From: an uncultured Gammaproteobacteria bacterium
Lineage (GTDB): Bacteria; Patescibacteriota; Patescibacteriia; SG8-24
NCBI GenBank assembly: GCA_964626205.1
Contig: CAZVED010000004.1
Location: forward strand, 2,163 to 66,162
Length of the DNA stretch: 64,000 nucleotides
Reading direction: 5' to 3'
Positions 47,837-58,100 of this stretch are shown piece after piece. The translations under genes were made by a program, and so were the position numbers. Under the pieces are notes generated by a model. The model saw only the letters and a program-made list of their open reading frames with translations, did not search any database and was not told where the DNA came from. Numbering within the stretch: the stretch's first letter is position 1; each line of letters begins with the position of its first letter.

Positions 47837-48805
47837 ATGTACTTCCTTCTTTACGGCGAGGACACGTATCGGTCGCGCAAGACGCTTGTCCGCATGGAAG
47901 CGAAGTTCCGCGCGGACCGCGATGCGACCGGTATGAACGCCGCACGCATTGCGGCGAAAGGTACGACAGTAGACGACGTTGCTGCGGTGGTTTTTGCGAC
48001 ACCGTTTCTTGCGGAAAAGAAGCTTGTTGTGTTGGATGGGTTCCTGAAAGCATCGAAAGACCTCCAAGAAGCCGTTGTCGGATTCCTGGAGAGGAAGCCG
48101 GACTCCACGACGATTATCTTCTATGAGGAGGGCTCCGCCGAGGATTTCAAAAAATCCGCACTTTTCTCCGTCCTGAAGGATGTTGAGTACACCACGGAAC
48201 ACGCGGCCCTGTCCCCTGTCCAAGCACAAAAGCTCGTTACGGAAACCTGTCGGGAGCTGGGCCTCTCCATTTCCTCGCGGGCAGCGCAAGACTTTGTTGC
48301 GGCGGTCGGAAAACTTTCGTGGCAGCGCGAGACCGAACTAGAGAAGCTGTGCGCATATGCCGCTGCGACCGGAGCGAAGGAAATTGATGGGCAAATGATA
48401 CGAGACTTGGTCCCTACGGCACAAGAAGAGGACATGTTCGCCTTTATTGACGCCTGTCTTGCGGGGAAGGCAAAAGACTCCATCGTGTTGCTTGAGGCGA
48501 TGCTCGCGTCGGGAGCGTCGGAGATTCAGGTCGTGGCGATGCTGTCGAAACACTTTCGAAACCTTGTCGCCATCCGGGACTGCATGGATCGCGGCATCAT
48601 GGACAAGCATCTTGTCGCCAAAGAGGTCGGTATGCACCAGTTCCCTGCAGGAAAGGCCATCCAAGCATGCCGAAGGTTCTCCTCCGAGGAGGTGCGCGCG
48701 CTCCATGCGCAGGTCCTTGATGTGGACCGCGCTCTCAAGACGACGTCTGGCAAGAGCAAGATTCTATTGGAAACCTTCGTCGTCCGACTTGCCACAACGG
48801 CCTAG
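47837..48805 (+). CDS. holA: DNA polymerase III delta subunit
   Basis: The protein begins MYFLLYGEDTYRSRKTLV...ATPFLAEKKLVVL and has a delta-like fold signature. It starts 3 nt after the polA stop. Confidence 0.75.
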   Translation: MYFLLYGEDTYRSRKTLVRMEAKFRADRDATGMNAARIAAKGTTVDDVAAVVFATPFLAEKKLVVLDGFLKASKDLQEAVVGFLERKPDSTTIIFYEEGSAEDFKKSALFSVLKDVEYTTEHAALSPVQAQKLVTETCRELGLSISSRAAQDFVAAVGKLSWQRETELEKLCAYAAATGAKEIDGQMIRDLVPTAQEEDMFAFIDACLAGKAKDSIVLLEAMLASGASEIQVVAMLSKHFRNLVAIRDCMDRGIMDKHLVAKEVGMHQFPAGKAIQACRRFSSEEVRALHAQVLDVDRALKTTSGKSKILLETFVVRLATTA

Positions 48806-48817
48806 GGATCTTTTTGA

Positions 48818-48852
48818 AGAAAAACCCCACCCTTTGCGGGGTGGGGTTTTTC
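48818..48852. terminator. Bidirectional terminator (aaccccaccc-tttgc-ggggtggggtt + T-run)
   Basis: It sits between holA (+) and rpsT (-). Confidence 0.65.
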
Positions 48853-48857
48853 GTCCG

Positions 48858-49127
48858 TTACTTCGCCGCGACCTTGCGGGTCGCTTTGACGAGACGGGAC
48901 TTGATGCGCGCACCGGTGTTCTTCTTGACGATGCCATGCTGCATCGCCTTGTCGACCGCTTTCACGATCTGGGAGAGCAAGGCTTCCGCTTCTTTCGCGT
49001 CCTTCGCCTCCATAGCCTTGCGGCTCATGCGGCGGAGATAGGCCAAGCTTTCCTTCACCTGCCGGTTCCGTTCCGTCTTCTTGACGGTCTGCCGGAGCGC
49101 TTTCATTGCTGAACGTTTGATCGGCAT
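48858..49127 (-). CDS. rpsT: 30S ribosomal protein S20
   Basis: The protein begins MPIKRSAMKALRQTVKKTERNRQVKESLAYLRRM. Confidence 0.9.
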   Translation of the reverse strand: MPIKRSAMKALRQTVKKTERNRQVKESLAYLRRMSRKAMEAKDAKEAEALLSQIVKAVDKAMQHGIVKKNTGARIKSRLVKATRKVAAK

Positions 49128-49185
49128 AGTTCCTAGTTAATGAGGATAGGAGGATGGTAGCCTCCCCTGCCTAAAACGTCAAGCC

Positions 49186-50139
49186 TCACTCCAGCAGCTT
49201 CACCTGGTCGATTTTCCCAGTGAGCTTGGCGTAGCCGGATTGCGCCGTATCCATGGCACTTTTGGCGTTGGTGATGTGCCGAGAAACGACACTGAGGTTC
49301 TCATTGAACCGGACGGACTCCTGCTGCACACCCTTGAGAATGTCCCAAATTTTTTGCGCCTGCTCCTGGAGCTTGTTGCGCTCCATGCCCATCATGATGA
49401 CGCGGAGGAAGTTGAAGAAGCCGTGCGGAGAAATGATGAGAACCCCCTTCGTTTTGGCGTAGTCGAGGAGGCCGGACTCATCGTCGGTAAGGATATGATA
49501 GTAGACGTTTTCGGACGGCACATACATGACACCGAAGTTCACGGTCCCCTCGTCCGGACGGAGGTACTTCTTGGCGATGTCGTCCACGTGTTTTTTGACC
49601 GCCTTCATGAACTCGCGCTGCGCGACCTTGCGGGATTCCTCCGTTTCCGCGCGGGTGAATTGTTTGAAGTTCTCGAGCGGGAACTTGGAGTCAATGGGAA
49701 TGAGCCCTGACTGCGTTCGAATGACTGCATCGACGGTCTCCCCTGCCGAGAACTTATACTGCAGCTGGTAGTGCTCATCCGAGAAGACCTGCGCCAGCAT
49801 ATCTGCAAGAATCTGTTCACCGATGTTGCCGCGGAGCTTCGGGTGCATAAGATCGCTGAACTCCTCGAACCCCTTGAACCGCTCCTGGACCGTTCCAAGC
49901 TCTTTCTGCACCGCCATGATGACCTGGGCCGCCTTGTCGAGCCGTTGATTCATGGATTCCGTGCTTTTGTCGATGCGTTCGTTCATGCCCTGAAGGTTCT
50001 GATTCAGCATGACGAGGCCCTTGTCGTTGGAGTGCGCGTCTTTCCATTCGGAGATCTTACGGGAAACGGTAAATGCGACCGCGATAAGTGCGAGGACGGT
50101 AAGGATGAGGATGCCGAGCAACAATGTTTCGATGGTCAT
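49186..50139 (-). CDS. rmuC: DNA recombination protein RmuC
   Basis: There is an N-terminal TM helix, a coiled-coil and a C-terminal RmuC nuclease-like region (GVLIISPHGFFNFLRVIMMG). Confidence 0.8.
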   Translation of the reverse strand: MTIETLLLGILILTVLALIAVAFTVSRKISEWKDAHSNDKGLVMLNQNLQGMNERIDKSTESMNQRLDKAAQVIMAVQKELGTVQERFKGFEEFSDLMHPKLRGNIGEQILADMLAQVFSDEHYQLQYKFSAGETVDAVIRTQSGLIPIDSKFPLENFKQFTRAETEESRKVAQREFMKAVKKHVDDIAKKYLRPDEGTVNFGVMYVPSENVYYHILTDDESGLLDYAKTKGVLIISPHGFFNFLRVIMMGMERNKLQEQAQKIWDILKGVQQESVRFNENLSVVSRHITNAKSAMDTAQSGYAKLTGKIDQVKLLE

Positions 50140-50182
50140 ATGCCGGAAGTATACGCGAACGTACGTTCAGGAAAAAGGAGAA

Positions 50183-50209
50183 ACAAAAACGCCGACCTTG
50201 CGATCGGCG
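50183..50209 (-). terminator. Terminator after the tRNA-Arg/Ala pair (cgccga-N8-tcggcg; U-run on minus strand)
   Basis: On the plus strand the A5 run at 50184-50189 precedes the hairpin. Confidence 0.45.
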
Positions 50210-50215
50210 ACTTTG

Positions 50216-50291
50216 TGGTGGACCCGAAGAGACTCGAACTCTTCACCTCTGCAATGCGAATGCAGCGCTCTACCAGATGAGCTACGGGCCC
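50216..50291 (-). tRNA. tRNA-Ala (anticodon CGC) with G3:U70 and encoded CCA
   Basis: Folded by hand: acceptor GGGCCCG/CGGGTCC, anticodon loop TTCGCAT, T-arm AAGAG-TTCGAGT-CTCTT. Confidence 0.85.
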
Positions 50292-50345
50292 ACAGGCTTC
50301 CAATGACCGTCTGAGGATAGCGTGATTTTGGGAAAGTGTAAACCG

Positions 50346-50421
50346 TGGTGCCCCCAGAGGGACTTGAACCCCCATCTTGTCCTTAGGAGAGACCTGCTCT
50401 ATCCAGTTGAGCTATAGGGGC
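50346..50421 (-). tRNA. tRNA-Arg (anticodon CCT) with encoded CCA
   Basis: The acceptor is GCCCCTA/TGGGGGC, the anticodon loop is CTCCTAA, and the T-arm is GGGGG-TTCAAGT-CCCTC. Confidence 0.8.
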
Positions 50422-50439
50422 TTACTTCCTCATCTGAGC

Positions 50440-51400
50440 GAGGTGGAGCATAGCACGGTATCCCCCATTTGGAAAGACGTGATAAAGGTATTTATGTGTC
50501 GTACAATTTTATATTATTTATATTGTTGTGTAGCAAATAGACTTGATACAACGTTTTAAAATTTATGCATGAAAAAATAAAGAGACGGCCAAGACGAAAA
50601 GCAATTCGGAAGCGTAGAATTTCGAGTGCCATTAAATGTTTCACATGGAACAACAGACGTAAGTTCTTTATACAAGTTTCACGTGAAACACATTTTCAAT
50701 TTTTGGAAATGATCAGGCTGTTTCATGTGAAACATTTTTACAACCGACAAAGCACGGTTTCAGTGTTTCATGTGAAACACCAATACAGACTCCTGACAAC
50801 GCAGATTGATCAGTGTGCGAACTGAAGAAAAACGAGAAGACCTTAGTGAAAATGCTGCCGCTACAAAGGAGCGTTGGAAAATATGTTCAGTAGGCATAAC
50901 AGTCTTGTGTATTAAAGCAAAAACGAGGCAATGACCTCTGGTTTTCAAGGCAGGTATTTTTATTGCAGTGTTGAATAGTCATATGTTTGAAAAAATGACC
51001 GGATGTTTCACGTGAAACATCAAAAGATTTGCTTGGTTAGTTGGCTAGGTGACAAAAGAAACAAAGAAATAAAAATTTTACGACACAAAATGAACGTTTT
51101 TTGATGCAAAAACAGATCAGTTTGTTTGGTGTGGACAAAGATGCCAGTCCAAGCTCAAAAATAAGTCTTTCTGTGGACAGTTTAGGGGATAAGCTACCCA
51201 ATTTGTGAATAGTTTTTTTGTACAACTTATGATTTGTTGAAAAAGTTCTTAACATGCCCATTTTTACTCTATATTTAGCCAAAAAACAGCACATTGGATG
51301 ATTGACTTTGAGCTTATTTTCTGCTAAAATAGATATGTACTAGAGAAATTGCGGCGAAAAGCCGTGTACAAAATCTAAAAATACCAAGACAAGGTACCCA
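50440..51400. promoter_or_regulatory. ~960-bp AT-rich non-coding island with a 16-bp palindrome array, upstream of the surface-protein gene cluster
   Basis: GC drops sharply relative to the ~60% background. TGTTTCATGTGAAACA occurs at 50719-50734 and 50765-50780. GTTTCACGTGAAAC occurs at 50676-50689 and 51005-51020. A degenerate copy TGTTTCACATGGAACA lies at ~50637-50652. Only short spurious ORFs are present. Confidence 0.55.
51302..51330 (+). promoter_or_regulatory. Sigma70-like promoter TTGACT-N17-TAAAAT for the first surface-protein gene
   Basis: It is a near-consensus -35 and -10 with 17-bp spacing, ~65 nt upstream of ATG 51400. Confidence 0.5.
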
Positions 51401-52197
51401 TGCACCTACCGAGTCGCGGAAAACATATTGTGGCAATCATGCTGTTTTCGTTCAGCATGATTGTTGTTTTTTCCGGTGCGGTTAAGGCGGAACGGATGAG
51501 TTCCAGCAACTATGTGATTCAAGCAGATGCCATGGGAATCGCTGGTGGTTCCAGCACCTCAACGAATTACTGGGTTATAGACACCCTCGGTGAGGTGGCA
51601 ACTGGGGAAAACCTCCAGAGCACGAACTACCGAGGCTGTGCAGGATTCGAGTGTTTCCAGGAAGAGCCGTACATCTCCTTCGTGGTTCGTCAGGGTACCT
51701 CCGCACCGGGGTCATCGGGGGCCGGTGTGAACCTTGGGGTGCTCTCGCCATCAACGGTCAAGACGTCGGATGGGGCAACGGTGAACTCAATTTTCCTGAC
51801 AGTCGAGAGCAACGCTGCCCACGGGGTCATTGCAAGCGTTCGAAGCCAGAACGCCGGCTTGCAGCGCACCTCAAATGCTCTTGCGAACATTCCATCATCG
51901 ACGGTGGCCCTTGTTCCGGGGGTCGAAGGGTACGGAGTCTGCGTTTTTTCTGCCGCAGAGGACGGCTTGAGCCCCACGGTCTTTGTGGAGAATGCCCCAT
52001 ATGACGGGACCTGCACCACAACGACGGGCCACGATGTTGGGATCGTTGACGAGACGCCACGAGCGATTCTTTCCTCCGCCGGGCAGCTCAAGGGAGGGGA
52101 ATCGGAGATTCTCGTCAAGGCAAGCGCGGGTATTTGGACCGAGGCAGGGGACGACTATGTCGATACGCTCACATTCATTTTGTCGGCGACATACTAG
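51400..52197 (+). CDS. Secreted protein, paralog A (WxL-like C-terminal motif DYVDTLTFILSATY)
   Basis: A signal peptide (MLFSFSMIVVFSGAVKA) is followed by Ser/Thr/Gly-rich beta-type sequence. The C-terminal motif is shared with the next paralog. Confidence 0.5.
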   Translation: MHLPSRGKHIVAIMLFSFSMIVVFSGAVKAERMSSSNYVIQADAMGIAGGSSTSTNYWVIDTLGEVATGENLQSTNYRGCAGFECFQEEPYISFVVRQGTSAPGSSGAGVNLGVLSPSTVKTSDGATVNSIFLTVESNAAHGVIASVRSQNAGLQRTSNALANIPSSTVALVPGVEGYGVCVFSAAEDGLSPTVFVENAPYDGTCTTTTGHDVGIVDETPRAILSSAGQLKGGESEILVKASAGIWTEAGDDYVDTLTFILSATY

Positions 52198-52843
52198 CCT
52201 CCACACCCTGCTTCCGGATGTCGTCCGGGAGTGCGGTGCGGAGGGTAGCGTTAAGCCACTCACGCAAAAATGTCTATGCGTCAGCGAACAAAAACAAAAC
52301 TGTTTTCGTTGCTGGTGAAGATGACAACGGTCGCGATGGTCGCAGGCATGGTCACGAGGATCATGCCGATCGGCCGCTAAACGACCGCTTCGGACAGTGT
52401 CGCGCGTTTTGCCCTCCAACGTCCGGAATTGCCGTCAAAAATCAACGGCAAAAACGGAATCCGCCCCTGGTGCAACAGGGAGGGCTGGATGAGGGCAGTA
52501 CTCGCGATGGTGATCCGAAGACGTCGTTCGGTGTCGGTTCCGCATCCTGTCGTCGTGAGAACGATGACCGCAGGAATGCGGAGGTGACTCCGTGTATATC
52601 GAACAGCCCAAGGTCGACTGATGTCGCGTGTCCGGGCGACTCAGTATCACGTCAGCGTATTCTTCTGCCGCGTCTCGCCTGTCCAAAGGGCGGAAACGGC
52701 ATGGCGTTGACGACGGATATTTATTCTTTACTGCTGCTTCCAAGCACGCTCGCGCATTTGCCAATAACGTCATCCTCAACTCGAGAAGGGATGACGTGAC
52801 GGTGCGCAGGCCTTAGCAAGGAAGCGAGCCTACAAGTACGACA

Positions 52844-53965
52844 ATGAAAAACAAAATATTCTCGTTCGTTGCAAAGCTGACCTCTGTGGCGATGATCCTG
52901 TCATCCCTGCTGCAGGTCGCTCCGGTCCGTGCGGCGACCGTGACCTCGCTCAGCGATGTTATGACGCGCCTCGCGGCATCCGTTGCCTCTAATCACGAAA
53001 TCAAGTTCGTGATACCCGGAGGTATCGCCGCAGGAGAAACTGTTACGTTGACCTTTGGATCCGGATTCGACATCTCCTCAATCGTCGAGGACGATGTGGA
53101 TTTCGCGGTCGGCAATTCTAACAATTGCTCCACCGCAACATTCACGGAAGAAGCTACTGCGGCGGTGGCTGACGCTGCCGACTGGGGTGTCGCCGTTTCC
53201 AGCCAGGTGCTGACCATCACGAGCGGTACTGACACGCTTGTCGCGGACCGTTGTGTCCGCATCCGCGTCGGAACCAATGCTGTCAGCTCCGGCACAGGCG
53301 CCAATCAGGCGGTCAACCCGACGGCTGGCGCAAACACGATTGTGGTCGGCGGCACCATGGGTGATGTCGGCACGATCGCTCTCTCCATCGTCGACTCGGA
53401 TCAGGTCACGGTTACCGCGACCGTCGATCCGTCGCTGACGTTCGATCTCGACACCGCGACCTCGGATACGAACTCTGCGAGCCCGTATTCCGTGGCGCTC
53501 GGCACCCTTACGCCGGGTACACCGAAGTCGTCCGACCAGTCAGCCATCAACAGCATCTACGTCGACCTGACAACGAACGCCACCTCCGGCGCGGTTGTCA
53601 CGGTCCGTAATGCCAATGGTGCAGATGGTCTCGTGAGTACATCCGTACCCACAGACACCATCGACAGTGCGGACGGTACGATGTCCAGCGCGACAGCCAA
53701 CTACGGCATCTGCATTGAGTCGGTCACACAGACGGCCGGTGCGACGCTGACGGAGGTCGCCCCGTATGACGGCACCTGCGTCGCTGGTGCTACGGACAAC
53801 GTCGTCGGTGGCCTGCTCGCCACCGCGACGAACATCCTGACCGCCGCGAGTCCGATTAACGTCGGTCGCGCGGAGATCCTCGTGAACGCCAACGCAACGG
53901 CGCTCACGGTGGCTCACAACGACTATACCGACACCCTGACCTTCATCGCGACGGGTACGTTCTAA
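52844..53965 (+). CDS. Secreted protein, paralog B (C-terminal AEILVNANATALTVAHNDYTDTLTFIATGTF)
   Basis: It has a signal peptide (LTSVAMILSSLLQVAPVRA). Its C-terminal 30 aa align with paralog A (SEILVKASAGIWTEAGDDYVDTLTFILSATY). Confidence 0.5.
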   Translation: MKNKIFSFVAKLTSVAMILSSLLQVAPVRAATVTSLSDVMTRLAASVASNHEIKFVIPGGIAAGETVTLTFGSGFDISSIVEDDVDFAVGNSNNCSTATFTEEATAAVADAADWGVAVSSQVLTITSGTDTLVADRCVRIRVGTNAVSSGTGANQAVNPTAGANTIVVGGTMGDVGTIALSIVDSDQVTVTATVDPSLTFDLDTATSDTNSASPYSVALGTLTPGTPKSSDQSAINSIYVDLTTNATSGAVVTVRNANGADGLVSTSVPTDTIDSADGTMSSATANYGICIESVTQTAGATLTEVAPYDGTCVAGATDNVVGGLLATATNILTAASPINVGRAEILVNANATALTVAHNDYTDTLTFIATGTF

Positions 53966-54051
53966 GTGGTCGTTGCTTGCTTGGTCCCCCTCGACTTCGA
54001 GGGGGGTCATCCTGCGGCGATTACGGACAATCATCACTAACCTCAACTCCT

Positions 54052-55068
54052 ATGCGAAAATCCAGACATTTGCTCGGAACGGTCACGCTCACGCTTGCGC
54101 TCGCGGCGGCACTTCTGCCGGTTTCCGCGAGCGCGCTCACCATCTCTCCGCCATCGTTCGATTACAACCTGAACCCCGGAGACACGGTCCTCGATGTCGT
54201 GAAGGTCTATAACGAGAATGAAACGACAGAGATCGTGTATCCCGTCCTCGTTGATTTCGTTGCTGACGAAGGCGAGGCTGGCGCTCCACGTTTCGTTCCT
54301 GCAGGGACCGATGCTGCGGGAGCCGGTATTTCCGACTGGATTTCCATGGACATGTCCGGGCTCGTCGTTGCTCCAGACGAGCGCATCAACTTCCCGTTTT
54401 CCATCAACGTCCCGGCAGACGCGTCGCCGGGTGGTCACTACGGCGCCATCCTGCTTTCTACGGAACCGCCATCCGATGTCCCGGGAGGCGTCGGTGTCGC
54501 GTCGCAGATCGCCGCGCTCATTCTCGTGAACGTTTCCGGAGACGTTCGAGAAGTCGGCGCTATCGCGGAATTCGGATTCGTGGATCCGCAGGTCTGGTAC
54601 GACCACCTGCCTATCGACTTTTTCCTCCGTTTCGAGAACTCGGGCAACACGCACCTGCGCCCATCCGGCAACCTATTTGTCGAGGACTGGACCGGTCGCC
54701 AGGTCGCATCCATCAAAGTGAACGAAAGCTTCAACGGTGTTTTACCGATGAGCATCCGTCGATTCCAGTTCGGTTGGCAGAAGCGCGGTTTCGACACGTC
54801 AGACTCCGGGCTCGAACGCGAATGGAAGAATTTCGCGATCGGTAAACACACGGCGACCCTCGTCTTGAACTACGGCAGAGCGACCGGACAGGTCGTGAGT
54901 GAGCAGCGCGTGTTCTATGTCTGGCCGTGGAGGCTCATGATCGTGAGCGGCATCGTCCTGCTTATCCTCGCGGTGCTGTGGGTCATTCGTCGAAAGATGT
55001 TCGCGAAGGGCGTTATTGCGCGGTATGAGGAGGCCAAGCGTAAAGAAGCAGCCTTGAGGAAGGGATAG
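54052..55068 (+). CDS. Cell-surface protein with an N-terminal signal peptide and a C-terminal TM anchor plus basic tail (DUF916/CscA-like architecture)
   Basis: The protein begins MRKSRHLLGTVTLTLALAAALLPVSASA. It then has ~280 aa of beta-rich domain, and ends ...WPWRLMIVSGIVLLILAVLWVIRRKMFAKGVIARYEEAKRKEAALRKG. Confidence 0.5.
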   Translation: MRKSRHLLGTVTLTLALAAALLPVSASALTISPPSFDYNLNPGDTVLDVVKVYNENETTEIVYPVLVDFVADEGEAGAPRFVPAGTDAAGAGISDWISMDMSGLVVAPDERINFPFSINVPADASPGGHYGAILLSTEPPSDVPGGVGVASQIAALILVNVSGDVREVGAIAEFGFVDPQVWYDHLPIDFFLRFENSGNTHLRPSGNLFVEDWTGRQVASIKVNESFNGVLPMSIRRFQFGWQKRGFDTSDSGLEREWKNFAIGKHTATLVLNYGRATGQVVSEQRVFYVWPWRLMIVSGIVLLILAVLWVIRRKMFAKGVIARYEEAKRKEAALRKG

Positions 55069-55116
55069 GAGGAAAAGTAGAGAGCTATTGACCCGTATAT
55101 ATATAGAAGCACGAAA

Positions 55117-58100
55117 ATGAACCAGGAGACGCGACAAACGACCTTGCTGCAGCGACTGAGCCTGACTCTCGGGTTCGGGCTGCTTGTCGTTGTCGCGTCA
55201 TCCACGCTCGTCTTCTTCGCTTCTGCGACCGCGGTATCCGAACGCTCGGATACGCTCTCCAACCAGACGTCGGGTCAGGCATCTTCCCACACCATCCGCT
55301 TCACGCTGTCGGGTGGCAATGCGTTTGCCGCCGCCGAACAGATCGTCGTTGATTTCGGCGAGGATGATGCCAGGTTTGCCGTGGCTGGCATGACCTTTGC
55401 CGCAGCCGACATCGAGGTTGATGACGGGACATCGCGCACAACATACTCCGTGACGAACGGTCCGGCTTCATGTGTGGGTTCTTTGGGGGCGAACGACATT
55501 GCCGTCGGCATCGACGATGCGACAGGTGTCATTACCATGGAAGCGTGCCCATCCTTCGTTGCAAGCGCGGCCGGCGCTCTTGTGACGATCCGTATCGGCG
55601 CGGTCGCTGGCGGTACGGACAGGATTACGAACCCGACCGCCGGAAGCCACCTTATCGATATCGTCGATGCGGCAGGAGACTGCCAGACCTTCGGTGACGT
55701 CTGCGCCATCGGCATCGCCATCCTTGATGCGGGGATGGTCACCATCAGCGCGGTCGTCCCTCCGGTGTGCGGCGACGGCAAGGTAGAAGGCGACGAAATG
55801 TGCGATGACGGAAACCTTGTCGGTGGCGACGGGTGTTCAAGCACGTGTCGTAATGAGAATGATGGCGGAACCTCCGTCGACATCGCGCCACCGGTTATTT
55901 CCAACGTACGCGTGGAAGATGTCACGACGACTTCGGTGACGGTCGCGTGGGATGCCAATGAACCTGCATCCGGACGTGTTGAGTACGGTGCAGATCAGAC
56001 GTATGGAAGCGTCGCCGGTCAGTCGGCATTCCTGTACGCGCACACCATCGGTCTCTCCGGCCTCCAGCCGAACACGACGTATCACTTCCGTGTCTGTTCG
56101 ACGGATCCGACGCAGAACGAAGCGTGCTCCGGCGACGCCACGTTCATGACCGCATCCGTGCAGGACGCGCTCCCGCCAGTCATCACGAACATCCAGGTGA
56201 CGAGCGTCACCGCGACCAGCGCGACAATCGTCTGGACCACGGACGAAGCCGCGACGTCCTTCGTAGACTACGACACCGACGGCGCTCCGTATGCTTCCGT
56301 CGCGACGACCGCCGGTCTTGCGACCGCGCACTCCGTCGCGCTGTCCGGCCTCCAGCCGAACACGACGCATCACTTCCGCGTACGTTCCGGTGACGCATCT
56401 TCAAACGAGGCGTTTAGTACGGACCTTACCTTCATGACCGCATCCGTGCAGGACACGCTCCCGCCAGTCATCACGAACATCCAGGTGACGAATGTCACTG
56501 CGACCAGTGCGACGATCGTCTGGACCACGGACGAAGCCGCGACGTCCTTCGTAGACTACGATACCGACGGCGCTCCGTACGCTGCCGTCGCGCCAACGTC
56601 GGGTCTTGCGACCGCGCACTCCGTTACGCTGTCCGGCCTCCAACCGAATACGACGTACCATTTCCGCGTGCGTTCTGTGGATGCATATGGAAACGAGTCG
56701 TTCGGTACGAATATGACGCTTGCGACATGGGACGCGCTCCCGCCAGTCATCACGAACATCCAGGTGACGAGCGTCACCGCGACCAGCGCGACAATCGTCT
56801 GGACCACGGACGAAGCCGCGACGTCCTTCGTAGACTACGACACCGACGGCGCTCCGTATGCTTCCGTCGCGACGACCGCCGGTCTTGCGACCGCGCACTC
56901 CGTCGCGCTGTCCGGCCTCCAGCCGAACACGATGCATCACTTCCGCGTGCGTTCTGTAGACGGGGGTGCGAACGAGGCGGTTTCGGAGAACGCGACATTC
57001 AGGACCTTGGTACCAGCAGCACCGGTTGTGAGCGATGTTCAGGTGACGGATGTGACGGACTCATCCGCCCGCATCACGTGGGTCACGGATACGACATCGA
57101 CCACTGTCGTGGAGTATGGACTTTCGACAACATATGGCGCTGTCGTCTCGAACCCGACGTTGTCCACGAACCATCTTGCGCTCATCACCGGGCTTACGAA
57201 CGGCACGATGTATCACTTCCGCGTATCATCGACCGATGCCTATGACCAAACGACGATTGTCGATGGAGGGACATTCACGACCACCGCAGACGTGACCGCA
57301 CCTCCGAATGTTACTGGTTTCATCGCCGAGCCAGGAGATGCTTTGGTGCTGCTTTCATGGACGAACCCGGCGGCCGCGGACTTCGCTGGCGTCCGCATCC
57401 TCCGAAAGACGACGGGATTCTCTTCCGGTCCGACGGACGGTGACATGGTGTACTCCGGCGTTGCGCAATCGTTCGCGGACATGGGTGTGTCGAACGACAT
57501 CGTGTACTACTACACCATCTTCGCTTTCGACGAGGTGCCGAACTTCTCGACTGGCGCGGTCGTGTCTGCGACCCCGGTCGGACCAGAGGACATGACGCCG
57601 CCGGGACCGGTGACCGGTTTCATGGCCATCGCTGGAGACGCCAGCGTGGAACTTTCGTGGACGAACCCGATGGACGCCGATCTTCGCGGTGTTCGTATCG
57701 TCCGCAAAGAAGACGGGTGCCCTGTCGACGAGACCGACGGCACGACCGTGTACGCTGGCCTCGCGACGTCGCGCATGGACATCGGGCTCATGAACGATAC
57801 GACGTATTGCTATGCGGCATACGCATACGATGCTGTTCCGAACTTCTCGTTCGGTACGACTGCGACCGCGACGCCTGTCGCAATAGAGGATGTGACGCCG
57901 CCTGGGCCGACCACTGACTTCGTCGCCACCGCCGGAGACGCCATCGTTCTCCTTACATGGACGAACCCGACGGATACGGATTGGCGAGGGACGCGCATCG
58001 TTCGCAAGGTCGGTTCCGACCCGACGTCGCCGACAGACGGCACTGTCTTGTATGAGGCTGCCGCGAGCTTCTTCTGGGATGACATCAATCTGACGAATGG

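Noticed and set aside
50630-51025. CRISPR array suggested by repeated palindromic 14-16-mers
   Set aside because: The repeats are too short and palindromic. Spacing is irregular (36, 44, 40 and 244 bp). No cas genes are present. An operator array is more plausible.
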